The translations under genes were made by a program, and so were the position numbers. The notes beneath the pieces were generated by a model. That model saw only the letters and a program-made list of their open reading frames with translations. It did not search any database and had not been told where the DNA came from. This document shows, in pieces, positions 36,120-49,230 of a DNA stretch of 64,000 nt; within the stretch, counting starts at the first letter, position 1; each line of letters opens with the position of its first letter. The DNA comes from the human T2T-CHM13v2.0 reference genome, Homo sapiens, in NCBI RefSeq assembly GCF_009914755.1, contig NC_060927.1. One strand, written 5' to 3'.

Positions 36120-36290
36120 TGCCTTTTCTGGCACCTTCACTTTACAGTTCCTAGGAGTCTTCTACTCCAAACATTCACAACCCACATGCACAGTCACTTC
36201 CTTGACCTGATCACCACTTGGACCTGCGATAACTCAGAATATTTTCCTGCCACTCTCATGTTCCCACAACTTCTCTCACCTAATTCCACT
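36120..36290 (+). mobile_element. Possible ancient L2/CR1 endonuclease-region fragment
   Basis: Frame reads TTHMHSHFLDLIT, like the THxxGHTLDLV motif of L2/CR1 APE domains. Confidence 0.4.
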
Positions 36291-36894
36291 GACTTCATAT
36301 TTCCTATCTTCATCATGTTAAGTCTATATGATTTTAAACACTACAGAAAAGTTATGTAATTGCTGATTGAACCCCCTAAGAAGCCCAGTAAGCAATATTA
36401 GGGAAACTCTCAGCTGTATCAATCAATTATTTTTGATGCACCCATAGTCAAATGTCTATCTACAACAAGATATATAAACATGGTCACATTTTAACAATTA
36501 TTGAACAAAATGCTTCTTTCCATTCAGACTCCAGTTAAAATTCTTTATCACCAAATTTCTTGGACATATTAGATTGTCATTCAATGCTTCAATGCTTCCT
36601 TTTGTTATACATTGTCATTAAATCATTACATTGGATTCTTTCTCCTATCCCTTCCCTGAAATTGAAATCTCAAAGGTCAGAAACCCAGTGATTCATATAT
36701 GTCAAGTGAAATATCCATTTTCCCTGTACTCATAAGCTGTTATCAACAACCAGGAGTTTCTCAGTTTCGGGATTTCCATTTTCTACCCAGCCATTAAATC
36801 TAGGTCCCCAGAATTCCAACCTGTCCTTGCACCCAAACTGAACTTCTTTTGCCAAATCCACTTCTTATCCTGTAATTCCTTATTTTCTGTAACC

Positions 36895-37165
36895 TTTTTT
36901 TTTTTCTTTTTCTTTTTTTCTTTCTGAGATGGAGTCTCGCTCTGTCGCCCAGGCTGGAGTGCAGTGGTGTGATCTTGGCTCACTGCAAACTCCGCCTCCC
37001 TGGTTCACACCATTCTCCTGCTGGGACTACAGGCGAATGCCACCACACCTGGCTAATTTATTTTTATTTTTATTTTTATTTTTAGTAGAGATGGGGATTC
37101 ACCGTGTTAGCCAGGATGGTCTTGATCTCCTGACCTCATAATCCGCCCACCTCGGCCTCCCAAAG
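36895..37165 (-). mobile_element. AluY-like, 5'-truncated with a small internal deletion
   Basis: ttcacaccattctcc and ttagccaggatggtc diagnostics; TSD ttttctgtaa. Confidence 0.9.
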
Positions 37166-37948
37166 ATTTTTCTGTAATCTTAGTTCATCTAGTTTTTCTT
37201 TACTTTTTCCACTTTTCACTACCAAGTATTTCTCCCACACACACACAAAAAAACCTTTCAATATACCACTTCACAATTTCAAATATCACTCTATGTCTAT
37301 TGCTGCTACAAGAAAAGCAAAAGAAATGAACACAAAATAAACAAAATAGGAAAGCAAACAAGCAAACAAAAAACTAAGAGGATGTGGGCTTCGCGATACA
37401 AAGACAGTCTTGATGGAACTGCCTTAGAGAAAGAAGCCAGGCAAGAAGAATGGGATTGCAAGAGGTACCATCAAACAGCCCAGTGTTGCAGAGAGGAAAG
37501 GTAAAGACAAGACAGCACATTTTATGTTGGTTTTGAGAACTGGATATTACTCACATTTAGAAATTAGCGGCAGATTAAGAAGTAAAGGTAATGAGTGTTG
37601 ATCATTCTACCTAAGACATTTGTCTAATGGTTACAGTATTGAGGGTGCAAGCAGAAGGACCTAAAATTAAGAACACACTTGGTAGAATCAGTGCCAAAAT
37701 GTAGAAGAAACTGTTCTACCCCTACAGGTTAAAATAAGATACACAGAAATATCTTAAAATTTTTAAATTATCTTAAAAATAATTTAAATATCCTAAATTA
37801 TTTTCAAATGCGAAATAATTATTTACAAAGAATGCCTTCAAACTGTTAATTTAGTGCTTAGATTTTAGGAACAGAATATATTGACTATAATAACACATCT
37901 TAAACAGTATATTTTTAGGATACTCAAAAACTTAGGATTATCATTTGT

Positions 37949-38117
37949 CAGGGTCAGGACTAGGGTGAGGCAAACAAGGCACCTGGTGCAAATTTTTATG
38001 AAACATTCACTCTCAGGTTCATGGAAGGTCAGGGTCAGCATTTGCAATGGAGAGTGAGGACCTCCTGAAATTTTGTGCCTGAGACACCTTGCTTACCTCA
38101 CCCTAGTTTTGGCCCTA
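37949..38117. mobile_element. MER96 hAT MITE (palindromic)
   Basis: TIRs cagggtcaggactagggtgaggca / ttacctcaccctagttttggccct; 8-bp TSD (t/c)catttgt at 37941-37948 and 38118-38125. Confidence 0.85.
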
Positions 38118-38285
38118 CCATTTGTAAAATATATTTATATGCCTTTACATATCTTACAAAAAGTAATGTAGCATAGCAAACAGGAACTCCTACTAGGTCT
38201 ATAATAATGTTACATGTTCGTAGACTCTAAGTCTGTATTTTTTATCATCAAATTATATACGTTAAACATTTAAAGTATTAATTAA

Positions 38286-38420
38286 GCTGGGCATGGTTGT
38301 GTATTCCTGTAGTCCCAGCTACTCAGGAGGCTGAGGTGGGAGGATCACTGGAGCCCAGGAGTTTGAGGCCAGCCTGGGCAACATAGTAAAACTTGTCTCT
38401 ATAAAAAAAAAAAAAAAAAA
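38286..38420 (+). mobile_element. Free Alu monomer (FLAM-like)
   Basis: Single arm with ggaggatcactggagcccaggagtttgaggccagcctgggcaac and an A tail. Confidence 0.85.
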
Positions 38421-38936
38421 GTAAAAATATTTACATAAATAAGAGTATATACGGTATAATAATTAAAAGTATATTTAAGTAATTTTAATAACTGCAAAAT
38501 GTGCATGTATAATTTAAGTAAAATAAGACTAAGAATTTGATTCAAAGTATTTAAATATATAGCTACATATGGATAGATAGGCATGTGTACATTTAAAAAA
38601 TTAAATAGAAGCACTTAACTTTGGTTTATAATCTTCCTAATTATTTAAATATTTCACTGTATATTTTTCTGTATTTCCAACTTCTTCAATAATCCTGGAT
38701 TAAGAAGAAAAATAATGTTAGAAGCATGTGTTTATCAAACATCTACTATGTTTACAAACATCCTACTTTTTTCAAATCTCACTATCTAGCAGAGAAGAAA
38801 AATTATACCTATCCCCTCTTCACGTACCCATACCCACATAGTTATAATGTAATATAGTAGGCTGCATGCTATAGTACAAAAGAAATCTCTATGTGATTGC
38901 AATAAAACCTGCTCATTCCCTAACAAAATAGTAAAT

Positions 38937-39228
38937 TGTTTTTGTTTGTTTGTTTTTTGAGATGCAGTCTCACTCTGTCACCCAGGCTGGAATGCAGTGG
39001 CCGATCTCGGCTCACTGCAACTTCTGCCTCACATATTCAAGAGATCCTCCTGCCTCAGCCTCCCCAGTAGCTGGGATTACAGGTGTGCACCACCACGACT
39101 GTCTAATTTTTGTGTTTTTAGTAGAGATGGGGTTTCACCGTGTTGGCTAGGCTTGTCTCCAACTCCTGGCCTCAATGTGATCCTCCCAAAGTACTGGGTT
39201 TACAGGCGTGAGCCACCGTGCCTAGCCC
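38937..39228 (-). mobile_element. Alu (J/early S)
   Basis: Antisense dimer; TSD core tagtaaa(t/c)tgt. Confidence 0.92.
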
Positions 39229-39333
39229 AAAGTAGTAAACTGTGTGTGAAAACCCAATGAGTTGTGTGGAATCATTAAACCAAAAGCATATTTCCCTCTG
39301 TTTTATTCTAAGTTTGTTTTCACTGGAAGCAAT

Positions 39334-39632
39334 TTTTTTCTTTTTAAGTTCTGGGGTACATGTGCAGGATGTACAGGATTGTTACGTAGGTAAACTTGTA
39401 CCATGGTGGTTTGCTACACCTATCAACCCATCACCTAGGTATGAAGCCCAGCATGCATTAGCTCTTTTCCCTAATGCCCTCGCCCTATCCCCCTGCCCTC
39501 CCTCAACAGGCCCCAGTGTGTGTTGTTCCCCTCCCTGCATCCATGTGTTCTCATTGTTCGGCTTCCACTTATAAGTGAGAACACGCCATGCTTTGTTTTC
39601 TGATCCTGCGTTAGTTTGCTGAGGATGATGGC
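39334..39632 (-). mobile_element. Short L1PA8-like 3' end
   Basis: L1PA 3'UTR; 14-bp TSD TCACTGGAAGCAAT at 39320-39333 and 39633-39646. Confidence 0.93.
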
Positions 39633-40399
39633 TCACTGGAAGCAATATTTACCTCTAGAAAGTGATCAGTTGATAACTAAACTTTAAGTTGTGTTTCTCT
39701 ATGTTGCACTGAATAATTCATGAAAAATGAGGAGTAAACAAGTGAACATTTAGTTAATAATCATTGTAAAGTTATCTTTTTCCCTTATTATTTATTCTCT
39801 ATTATGTATATGCATGCTTTAAGAGAAGTTAATATATTTTGACCTGTTTTGCTGATCCCAAATCCACATTTATAAATAAACATTACATTTTTACATTTAC
39901 ATTTTTTAGGCTTTGCACATTATATTCTTTGTTAACAAACTTCAATCTAATTGTATGTCGCCTGCAGATGCAGGCAAAAGGTAATAACAGATGTTTTCAT
40001 TTTCTACAAATTCAATTACCCAATTAATTTATTATTACTTAGGATAATTACTCTGTTTTATTTGACCTAAATAATTACTAAGTTTTGTAATTGATACATT
40101 TTGTATCTATTTTGTATTTAAGTTTTTACTATTTTGTCAGCAATACCTATTATTTTACGTTACTCCATATGCAGCCAAATGAAAGGATTCTTTGGTCTGA
40201 CAGTTCTTTTCATATTACTTAGTTCCTCAATTTAATTATTCCTAAAATATTTAACAAATACCTAAATGTCACAGTTGAAAGGTAGATGTGTTTATTCTTT
40301 GTCTTTCTCCCTCTCTGTCCTCATCTCTCTCTATCTTTCTGTGGTTGCCCATGATTATCTAAGGAGTTACTTAAAGATACATTTCACAGTCTATAAGAC

Positions 40400-42150
40400 A
40401 TTAAAAAGATTAGTGGTTACCAAAGGTGCAGAGGAGGGAATGAGAGATAAGTAGGTAAAGCACAGGGTATTTTGGGCATGGTAAAACTATTCTGAAATAC
40501 TGTAATGGTAGATGTATTCATTTACTAGGGCTGCTATTAAAAACAAAATAATAAGAAATAAAACAGGATAGCTTAGAGCAACAGAAATTTACTTTCTCAA
40601 GTTCTGGAGGCTAGATGTCTGAGATCAGGGTATTGGCAGTGTTGGTTCCTCGTGAGTGTTGTGACGGAGAACCCATTCCATGCCTCTCTCCTGGCTTCTG
40701 AGAGTTTCCTAGAAATCTTTCTGTTCTTTGGTTTATAGATCTATCGCCCTAATTTCTGCCTTCATCTTCACATATGTTCTCTGTATATGTGTCTATGTCC
40801 AAATTTCCCATTTTTAAGGACAGAAGTCCTTATTTTAATTTGACGATATTTGTGTAAAGACTTTATCTCTAAGTAAGACTACATTTTCAGGGACTAGAGG
40901 TTTAGGGCTGAAACATGTTTTGTTGGGGGACACAATTCAACACATAACAGTGAGTATGAAATTATGCCCTTTTCAATTCCCATATAACTTTACAACATGA
41001 AAAGTCAAACTAAATATGTACGATTTTTTAAAAATCATTTAGGAAATCAGGAAGTCACAGGGAAAATGAAGACTGTCACAAAATAATCTGATTAAAGATG
41101 TATGAAACATCCTCACAGAAGCAGGTAGGGAAAAGGTACTGACCTAAGTAATTTTGGAAGTGAACAAAAGGCAAAAGGAACTGCACATAAGCACTATACT
41201 CTAACTGATCATTTCCCACAACGGCATGGGTTAACAATCTGATATTTATATATATATATATACTTGACTTCAATAACTAAGTAAATGGATGGTGGATGGT
41301 GGAAGGCAGGTTTATCACTGTTCGAATGGAAATTTATAAATTAGCAAGGGGAGGAGGCTAGAATTACTCATTATTTAATGGGTTATGGTTAGAGTCATTA
41401 GTAAGAATTTATATTAGAACTAATATAGATACAGACAGTTAGATATCAAGTAATCATAGATATGTGTTTATGTATGGGTTAAAATACACACATGGATTTA
41501 TTCACTCTATAAGCTGAGAGAGCCTAAAGAAATGATACCCCGAAGTCAATGAGTTGGTTTCTAATACCACTTGCCACTAAGAGGAACCAAGGCTCCTTGG
41601 TGAAGTGGCGGTGATTTGAGGATTAGGACTGTGTTAAGAAATATACAAGATGAACCTCAAGCAGGAATATCTTGTAGCGCTAGGAATTTAAGGATGCGCT
41701 AAAAAAACATGTTAATGTGGGAATCAAAGGGCACGGGAGTGAAGTGAAAGATGTGAGCAATAAAGCAAGTCATATTGAATTGTGACTCAAAGAATAAAAT
41801 AAATATCCATGAATCTATACTGATGTGAATAAATTATTGAATAAGCTAACAACTAGGGTAGAAAAGAAAATTCCTCTGTGCAGAGTTCCAAATAAATTAT
41901 GTGGCTACTTCACCCTATAGGAGAGGGAACATTATTATCTCTTTCTTAAGTGTGGTGTGCACATAGTGACTTCCTCCCAAAGCATACAATATGTAGAGGG
42001 GGGAAAAGAGTAACTTTAGAGGGGAGAAACCTAACAAGCACTTCAGTCAGGTGATCACAGATAACATAAACCATCATTATTAATCATGTTGATAATAAGT
42101 ACTCTTGATATGATGAGATAAAAATGCTACTTTATTTCTGTGATCTTTCA
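40400..42150 (+). mobile_element. L1MC/MD-type 3' region (interrupted by an MLT1 LTR)
   Basis: gattagtggttacca, aaggcaaaaggaactgcacataagcact, ggaaccaaggctccttgg, gcacatagtgacttcctcccaaag motifs. Confidence 0.75.
40513..40949 (-). mobile_element. MaLR solo LTR (MLT1B/C-like)
   Basis: tgtattcatttactagggctgct...gttctggaggctag...gggggacacaattcaacacataaca. Confidence 0.85.
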
Positions 42151-42579
42151 AAGAATGTATTAAAAATTTCATTTCACTTTTCAAGTTTTAGCAAATTATA
42201 CTATTTATCTAATTAATAAGAGTGACAACAGTACTTAAAATGTATATGACTTAGAATGATTACAGTTTTCCCTGGAAAGTTATAAGCCTTTTACACATAT
42301 TTTGTACTGTAATGGGTTGATTTTCTTAATATTCCCAAATTCCTATGAGGTAGGCTTAATATTATCTCTCTTACAATCTCTTGCCCATTTTCTCAGAGAA
42401 GCTGCCAAGATGGCTTTTGTAGCCCAGTAATCTGACTTCAGGATTTCTGTGCCTAACAACTATGTCACACTGCTTCTCAGACCACTTGAAGTTTGCAAAT
42501 TGTCAGTAAAAAATAACTAATAAATATTACATATTATATTTCTTTTGAGGACAGAATTCAATACATTTGTGTAAAAAAA

Positions 42580-43478
42580 AATCCTCATTATTCACAGATT
42601 CTGTATTTTTGAATCCCCTAGTGGCTTAAATTTATTTGTGACCCACAAATACTCCAGGTTTGGGAGTCATTTGTGGATCCATGCAAAGTGGCAAAAAATG
42701 AGCACGTGCTGCCAGCTGAGGTTAACAATGGCAGCACTCTTGCTTAGGTTTAGCTCTCTTTCAGAGATGACAATAATATGCAGCTGGTTGGCGAAAGTGC
42801 AGTGTAGTACAAGACATCTGAGCTTTGGGGCCAGTGGGACTGATTTTGAATCCTAACTCTGGCACTTATAAGTGGGGTGGCCTCAGGCAAGTCACTTAAC
42901 ACTTCTGAACCGCAGTTTCTCCTTTATAAAATAAAGAAAATCTACCAGGACGAGTTCTTTCTGACATTTAAGAATTTCACATATAATCTATGTGAAATAT
43001 GAGGTGTATGTGTATCTGTGCATGTGTGTATGTATCTATCTGTTTTGGTTTATACATAATATATATTTCCTCTAAGAGCAGCAGTTCGGTATTTGTTAAC
43101 TCAATGTTTGCCCAAATTTTATAGAACATAACCACTTTTTAAAATAGGATGTATTTTTATTTTTTTAATTTTTATGTATTTATTTATTTTGAGACAGGGT
43201 CTCACTCTTTTGCTCAGGCTGGAGTGCAGTGGTGCAATCTCAGCTCAATGCAGCCTCAGTCTCTGGGCTCAAGCGATCCTCCCACTCTCAGCCACCCGAG
43301 TAGCTAGGACTACAGGCACACACACCACACTCAGTTAGCTTTTGAATTTTTTTCTAGAGACAGAGTTTTGCCATGATACCCAGGCTGGTCTTAAACTCCT
43401 GGGCTCAAGCGATCCACTGATCTCAGCCTCCCAAAGTGCTGAGATTACAGATGTGAGCCACTGTGCCAGCCTTGACTG
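42580..43478. mobile_element. Tigger6-derived MITE (MER82-like) with an internal MIR-like segment; AluJ inserted near its end
   Basis: Start tcctcattattcacagattctgtatt; end ttttatagaacataaccac...ttgactg; MIR core ggcaagtcacttaac at about 42885. Confidence 0.65.
43158..43471 (-). mobile_element. AluJ
   Basis: J diagnostics (gacagggtctcac, gggctcaagcgatcc in both arms). Confidence 0.92.
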
Positions 43479-44803
43479 TGTATTTAAAGTGTTTATATGC
43501 TAGAAATTCTGATAAACTCTGGGATGTGCAGAGCTTTAGACCACAAGAGATCTCAGTCAAGTGGGGAAAAACTAATATTTTCATAAAAGAATTAAGTAAA
43601 TTCTTTTGAGAGACACTTGGCAAATCAAAGGAGATAAAATCCAGGCCCTATGTAGCACTTCTGAATGACAAGGATTATGTATCTTCTCATACCTCTCATA
43701 TTTTTCTTTACAAGGAAGTAAGAATTGGGGGATGGGACAGACTGGAGCAATAATTTCAATCTTTATGCTAAGTCTTTTATATAATTCTCAATCCAGTTTC
43801 CAAATAAACCATTGGAATGCATCTCACCTCTCTGTTTTATGGCTTCTAAAATTATCCACAGCATACAGTTAGTGTGGGCGCGCCATGTACTTTACTGACC
43901 ACAGGCACTGAAAAATTTATTTCCTCATGTCTGAGGGCCTGTGAGTATTATATTACCCATGCTTTCTTCTACCTTAATACACATCCACTTGTGTTTTTAG
44001 GCACCAAATAACACAAAAATCTCTTATGCCATTAAAGTTAATTTTTCTATTATTTTCAGTCTCAGCAGATGCTACTGGGAAGTCAGAGAGCCACTACAGT
44101 CCTATTAGTGAGCCTAAATGGCTCTGAATTAGCTCAGTGCTAAATTTTGTAATACAAATTGACATTTTATGACCACATAACACACACACAAAAAGTCAAT
44201 TTCCACTCCCTGAAACAAGTGCGTTAAATTCAGATGACATATTTTCAGCTAAAGTATTTATCCTATCTCATTCCAACACAGATGTGAGGTAGGACACAGA
44301 TTAAGATGTTATTAATCTAGCAGGAATATGGATTTTTAAAATTTACAATTTAAGACAGAGAGAAAGCACACTACAGCTCTAATTTTCCTTTTTTTCCACC
44401 CTGATCACTAACATTTAATTAGAAATTTATGGAAATAATTTACTAAAAATTGTCTGTTCAATTGAAAGTTCTGTTTCATTTCATATGCAGCTTTCTTTAA
44501 GACTATCAGTTATGTCATCACATTCAAACCAAATTATAAATATCCTCTCATTTTCAATTTTCATTTTGGTCTAATTTTTCTTGTACTATCTGAGGAAAGC
44601 TTTTTTTTTCTAGTAAAGTTCATTATCAGTTCCCAACACTTTCTCCAACCTTGGTTCAGTTGCCCCAAATCTGTGGAACTTACCCATCTGAAACTTACCA
44701 TCGGTTTTCTCAGCTAGTTCAGGTAAAAATCGCCACTGTCCTCTAGCCCAGAACCATTTTTCAGTCTTCTCCCACCATTCACACTCTTCCCAGAAGCACT
44801 TAC

Positions 44804-44952
44804 CTAGCAGGTGCATGGCTCTTAGAATTGAGAGACGAACAGGTGTTGGAATAAAGACCACTTGTTCTAATATCAGCTTCAACAGAACAGGTAGTGGCCT
44901 TCAAGTTTCTAATGCAGAACTCCTGTTTATGGCTCAGAAGGCTAGAATGGCT
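44804..44952 (-). other. Candidate exon of an unknown transcript
   Basis: Minus-strand acceptor ttaac...ttttgtcag and consensus donor TAG|GTAAGT; one frame open across 149 nt. Confidence 0.2.
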
Positions 44953-46784
44953 CTGACAAAATTGATTCAAGTTAACTTAAAAAATTTATTAAAAACATTG
45001 AGCTATCCCTTCATGGTGTCTCTAAACACCTGTTACATTATGAAAGCCACTAACACCAGGTACTCGATGTACAGTCATCTTGCTTTGTATATCCTTTTAT
45101 AGTACTTGAAGTTATGGCTCATTACAACACTAAAATATCCTCTAAACATTTTTATAGCTTTTCTTAAGTCTATATCCTCAATACATACTTCAAAGGAAAC
45201 AATGTATGATGAAGTTTATATGTCTCACCCTTCGTATGACCCTGATTAAAAAAAACTGTTTTTATAATCATACAGTCTCATATTCTGTGTGGTGGTAAAT
45301 GTAACCATGTATTATTTTTACAGCCAATGGAGGTAAACTATTCCACCATAATGTAAATTCCCCAGGAATGTTATTCACGTCTATAATCCTCAGCATTATT
45401 CTTACCTAAGGTTCCAATCATACATTGACAAAAATGGCAGAGGGAGAGAGAGACAGAGAAACAGGGAAAGACAGACAGACATTTTTTTTTCTTGCAGAAA
45501 AGCCTTTGGTCTGTTAAGACTGGCACATGTAATCCTGTATGGCTTAATAACACTTTTCTTTATCATCTCCTGATCCTTCTTCTCAATACTGAGACCGGTT
45601 CAAGCAGAAATCGTTAAGCCATTGTTTAATGGAGTCATATAAAATGAGCATATTTTATGACAACCCATAGCCATTCCAAACAATGGGGACAGGTGAAATA
45701 CTTAATATGTTCACAGGCTTACCATAACAACATTATCAAAACAAATACTCAAAATGTATCACTCCATGGGTAAATTATCCCTTTGTGGATAACAAATTCA
45801 GAGTGAACAGCTTTTATAAATATTTGCACTTTTTAGCTATGCTACATAGTAATCATAAAAGACAAAACTGAAAAGTACTTTCATGCTAGAATTTATCCCC
45901 TGTAGGGAATATATATATATATATTTACACATACATGTATATATTATAAAACTGAGAAAAGAATGATATCCAGTACCTCAGTAGCATAGTCTTTAAAAAG
46001 AATTCATTATTTCATCCCACTCTCTCTACCTCATGACATAATATTCCATAAATGACTGCAGTTTGTTAGGAAGAAAAAACACATTGCTTTCAGAAGCTCT
46101 GCTCTACTGAGGCTGAGTAGCTAATATGGTTCCTTAAATTAATATATTTTAAAATAGTTTTTAAAAATTGTATTTAAGGTTTAGTACATTTTGTATTATG
46201 AATAAAATTAATTGTAGACATAGGTTTTGTTAGAACCAAATTGTGTATATTTTTCTTCAGGTGGAACATTGGTGAGCATATATGTAAAGGGACAAATTTT
46301 GCTCTCCCATTTACCTCGGAAATCTTATTGAAATAATCCAACCAGAGTTCTGTGAGGCTAAAGATATAATATACCTTCTGAGCAATGTATTAAACATTTT
46401 TGTTTGAGGAAAGTAAGATCATTTCTTGTTGCTGTGTTACTGAAGTGTGACAAGGGCATCAGTATGTTTTAATTTTTGTTATTACAAGCAATATATGTCC
46501 CTTCTCCAGAAACTAATTTCAGCCTTTCAGCCCTAGATTCTTCTATGAAAAGAGAATCCACTGCTACTTATTTTGTTTGGGGTAAATGAAACTTCCATTA
46601 TTTATCTGAAACAAATGTTTAACCACAAGTTACATTAAAAAGAAAATAAAACTTTGCAGAAGTTTCAATGTAATCTGGAATATCAAAACAAATTTAAATT
46701 TGTTATGTTTCAGTATTAAAAAGATCCTGGAACATAAATATGTACAGCAAGCTTGGCAGTTATGACATCAAATGATAAGATGTA

Positions 46785-47251
46785 TGAAAAACAGGTTGAC
46801 TGTGCACTGGTTACTAACGTGTTTGAGTCCAGTAAGACAGAACACCTACACACAAGCTATGTGAAGCTGATTGATTACCTACAGGTAAGCAGCAAGGAAC
46901 ACCAGAAGCCTGGAATTTATGAAGAAAGATGAATAGCCCTAGGCTTAGGAGAGCTGCCCCAGGTGGATGGAATCTCTTCTGTCTCTGCTCTTCTAGCACA
47001 GAAACTGAGGGACCCTGGAAAGCAGCCTGCCCTTGGTTTTATATAACTGGGAGCCTGGAATCACTTGGTTAAAGTGTTGAGAAAACATCCTGTTTTTAGG
47101 AGGTACTGGAGCAGAGCCCAGGCTGTTCCATTCAGTTTCTTCTTATCTCAGGATGTTTCATTCTCAGAACAATCTAGTTATTCATAAGAACTACAAACAA
47201 GTATGTGGGAAAATTGGGTCACTCCAGGGCTACCTGAAGAAGTGTCCTGCA
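46785..47251 (-). mobile_element. ERVL-class solo LTR (LTR42-like)
   Basis: TG...CA ends, minus-strand TATA-like tatataaaacc, 5-bp TSD ATGTA at 46780-46784 and 47252-47256. Confidence 0.75.
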
Positions 47252-49004
47252 ATGTAGCATAATGATCAACAAATACAAAGTTATTAGGCAAATTATATGC
47301 CTTTGATAAAAAAAAATACTAATGCAAACTTTTGGAAATATTTAGGGTAGAATCGTTGATTACATGGGATTCAAATAGCATAGTTTTAATTTGGTAGCTG
47401 TATTTTCTTAAACACATATAAATACCCCTCAGTGGAACATTGTTTATTACTACCATAACTACTGGTCAGAATTTAGAAGGGTCATTGTGATTTTAGAGAA
47501 GTAGGTGCCAACCTCATCTTCAGTGGTCGGAAAAATAGAATGGTCCCAAGAATTTATTTTCACAAGGCCTCTATATGTAGATTGTAGACCTACGCTTTGA
47601 TGTTATAACATCTTAAGAATGCCTTATTAATTGGCAACATTTAGACACATTAATATTAGGTTGGCATTTCTTTAATCAGTAGGTTTGCCTCTAGATCTGT
47701 ATCGTTTTCCTGAGTTAAAATGTGTTTTATCTTCTCTGTCTTGGATGTCGGTAAAATAAGATTCTTCTAGCCCGTTATTTGCAGCAGTTTCAAGAAGTGG
47801 TAAATTATTATCACACTTGCAAGACCACTTTATTTGGTCAATTGATGTTCCTTATTATTTTTATTTTTGCTATCATTGGTTTTTTATTAGCCAATTGAAT
47901 TTTCCACCTTTTGTTTTCTGCCAAATGTATTTATTTATTTTACAAGCATACACATACACAAACACACACACACACACCCCACAACTTCAGGCACACTCTT
48001 TCTATTCATTCCTTCTTTCCATCCCATTGTAATTGGTTCATCAGTATCGTTTCAACCAAGAATTCAGAACTATTTGGTTTGCTTATGTAACAGCTTCTTA
48101 CCGTGACTATTCTGCAAGCTGACTTAACAATCTGCTCCTGTGCAGTACTGGGAACATACACTATTCCAAGATACTTTAAACTGCTCGAGATAGCTTTTCA
48201 TTACCAAATCGCTATTTTATGCTGTACTAGGAAAATATTGACTTGCTCTTACTATTTATTATTTCAGTAGCTAATGTTATAATTTGTTGCAAATGCCCAT
48301 CCACTTGCCTAGAATATATGTGTAATAGGGTATGTGAACTGAATTAATATTTTATTTCTATCATGATGTTTCTTCTTTCTCCTCTAAGACAGTTTTTGTT
48401 TTTGAAATGTCAAATTTCATTACATAAACATGCCATTATTGTAATTCAGAATCTTTCAAAGGAGGTGAGCATCATTCAGTTGTTATTGTACAATTATACA
48501 CACTAGAAAGTCCAAAAACAAATCACTTTTATTTGATAAGAGATTTTGCATTAATACTTCATTTTAATATTAAATAATATCTCTATTTAAACAGGAATGT
48601 CACTTTTCATGTCTCTTAATCTCTTTGCTAATTGTCTTCTAGTAAGTTTTATTAATTATATTTTACCAAAATAAATTTCTAAAAGGTTAAATGTATTATC
48701 TAGGCTCTAACAGGTTAATCTCTGTCTTTCGTTTTTCTTCCTTCTTGAATTACTAAACCCATTTGCCAATAGAATTTGTCCTACGCAAACAGGATATCTG
48801 TTGATATTTTTTCAGCAGAAAATATCCTTTATTAAATAATAAATGCCTATCTGAGAGGAATTCAGTCTCATTCATCTCATTATTTCTCTTCCCCCACCCC
48901 CACTTTACCTGTTCTTGTGAATCCTTTTTACAATGTTTTGAACATAGTAGGTTACTATATTTAGGGCCTTGTTATTAATATTATAGTTACAAAATTTAAT
49001 TTGT

Positions 49005-49230
49005 GTATTTCACTGTGCTAAACACCCATGCATATAAATATTTCACAATTTATATTTAACTTTTAAAAGTTGGTGCTATTATTATTCCCAATTTACAGAA
49101 AGGAAAACTAATGCTTATATATTATGTTAAATGATTTGCCTGAGGTCACACAGCTGGTAAATACAGTGCTCGGATTCAATAGCGGGCATTCTAACTCCAG
49201 AACAAGTCTCTTAATCAACACACTATACCG
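49005..49230 (-). mobile_element. MIR
   Basis: attattcccaatttacagaaaggaaaact...gttaaatgatttgcctgaggtcacacagctggtaaat. Confidence 0.8.

Noticed and set aside
37949-38117. Long imperfect hairpin as a pre-miRNA or novel ncRNA
   Set aside because: Explained by the palindromic MER96 MITE with an 8-bp TSD.
46241-46277. Plus-strand micro-exon (ttttcttcag GTGGAACATTG gtgagc)
   Set aside because: Only 11 nt, no partner exons or recognisable product; plausibly chance.
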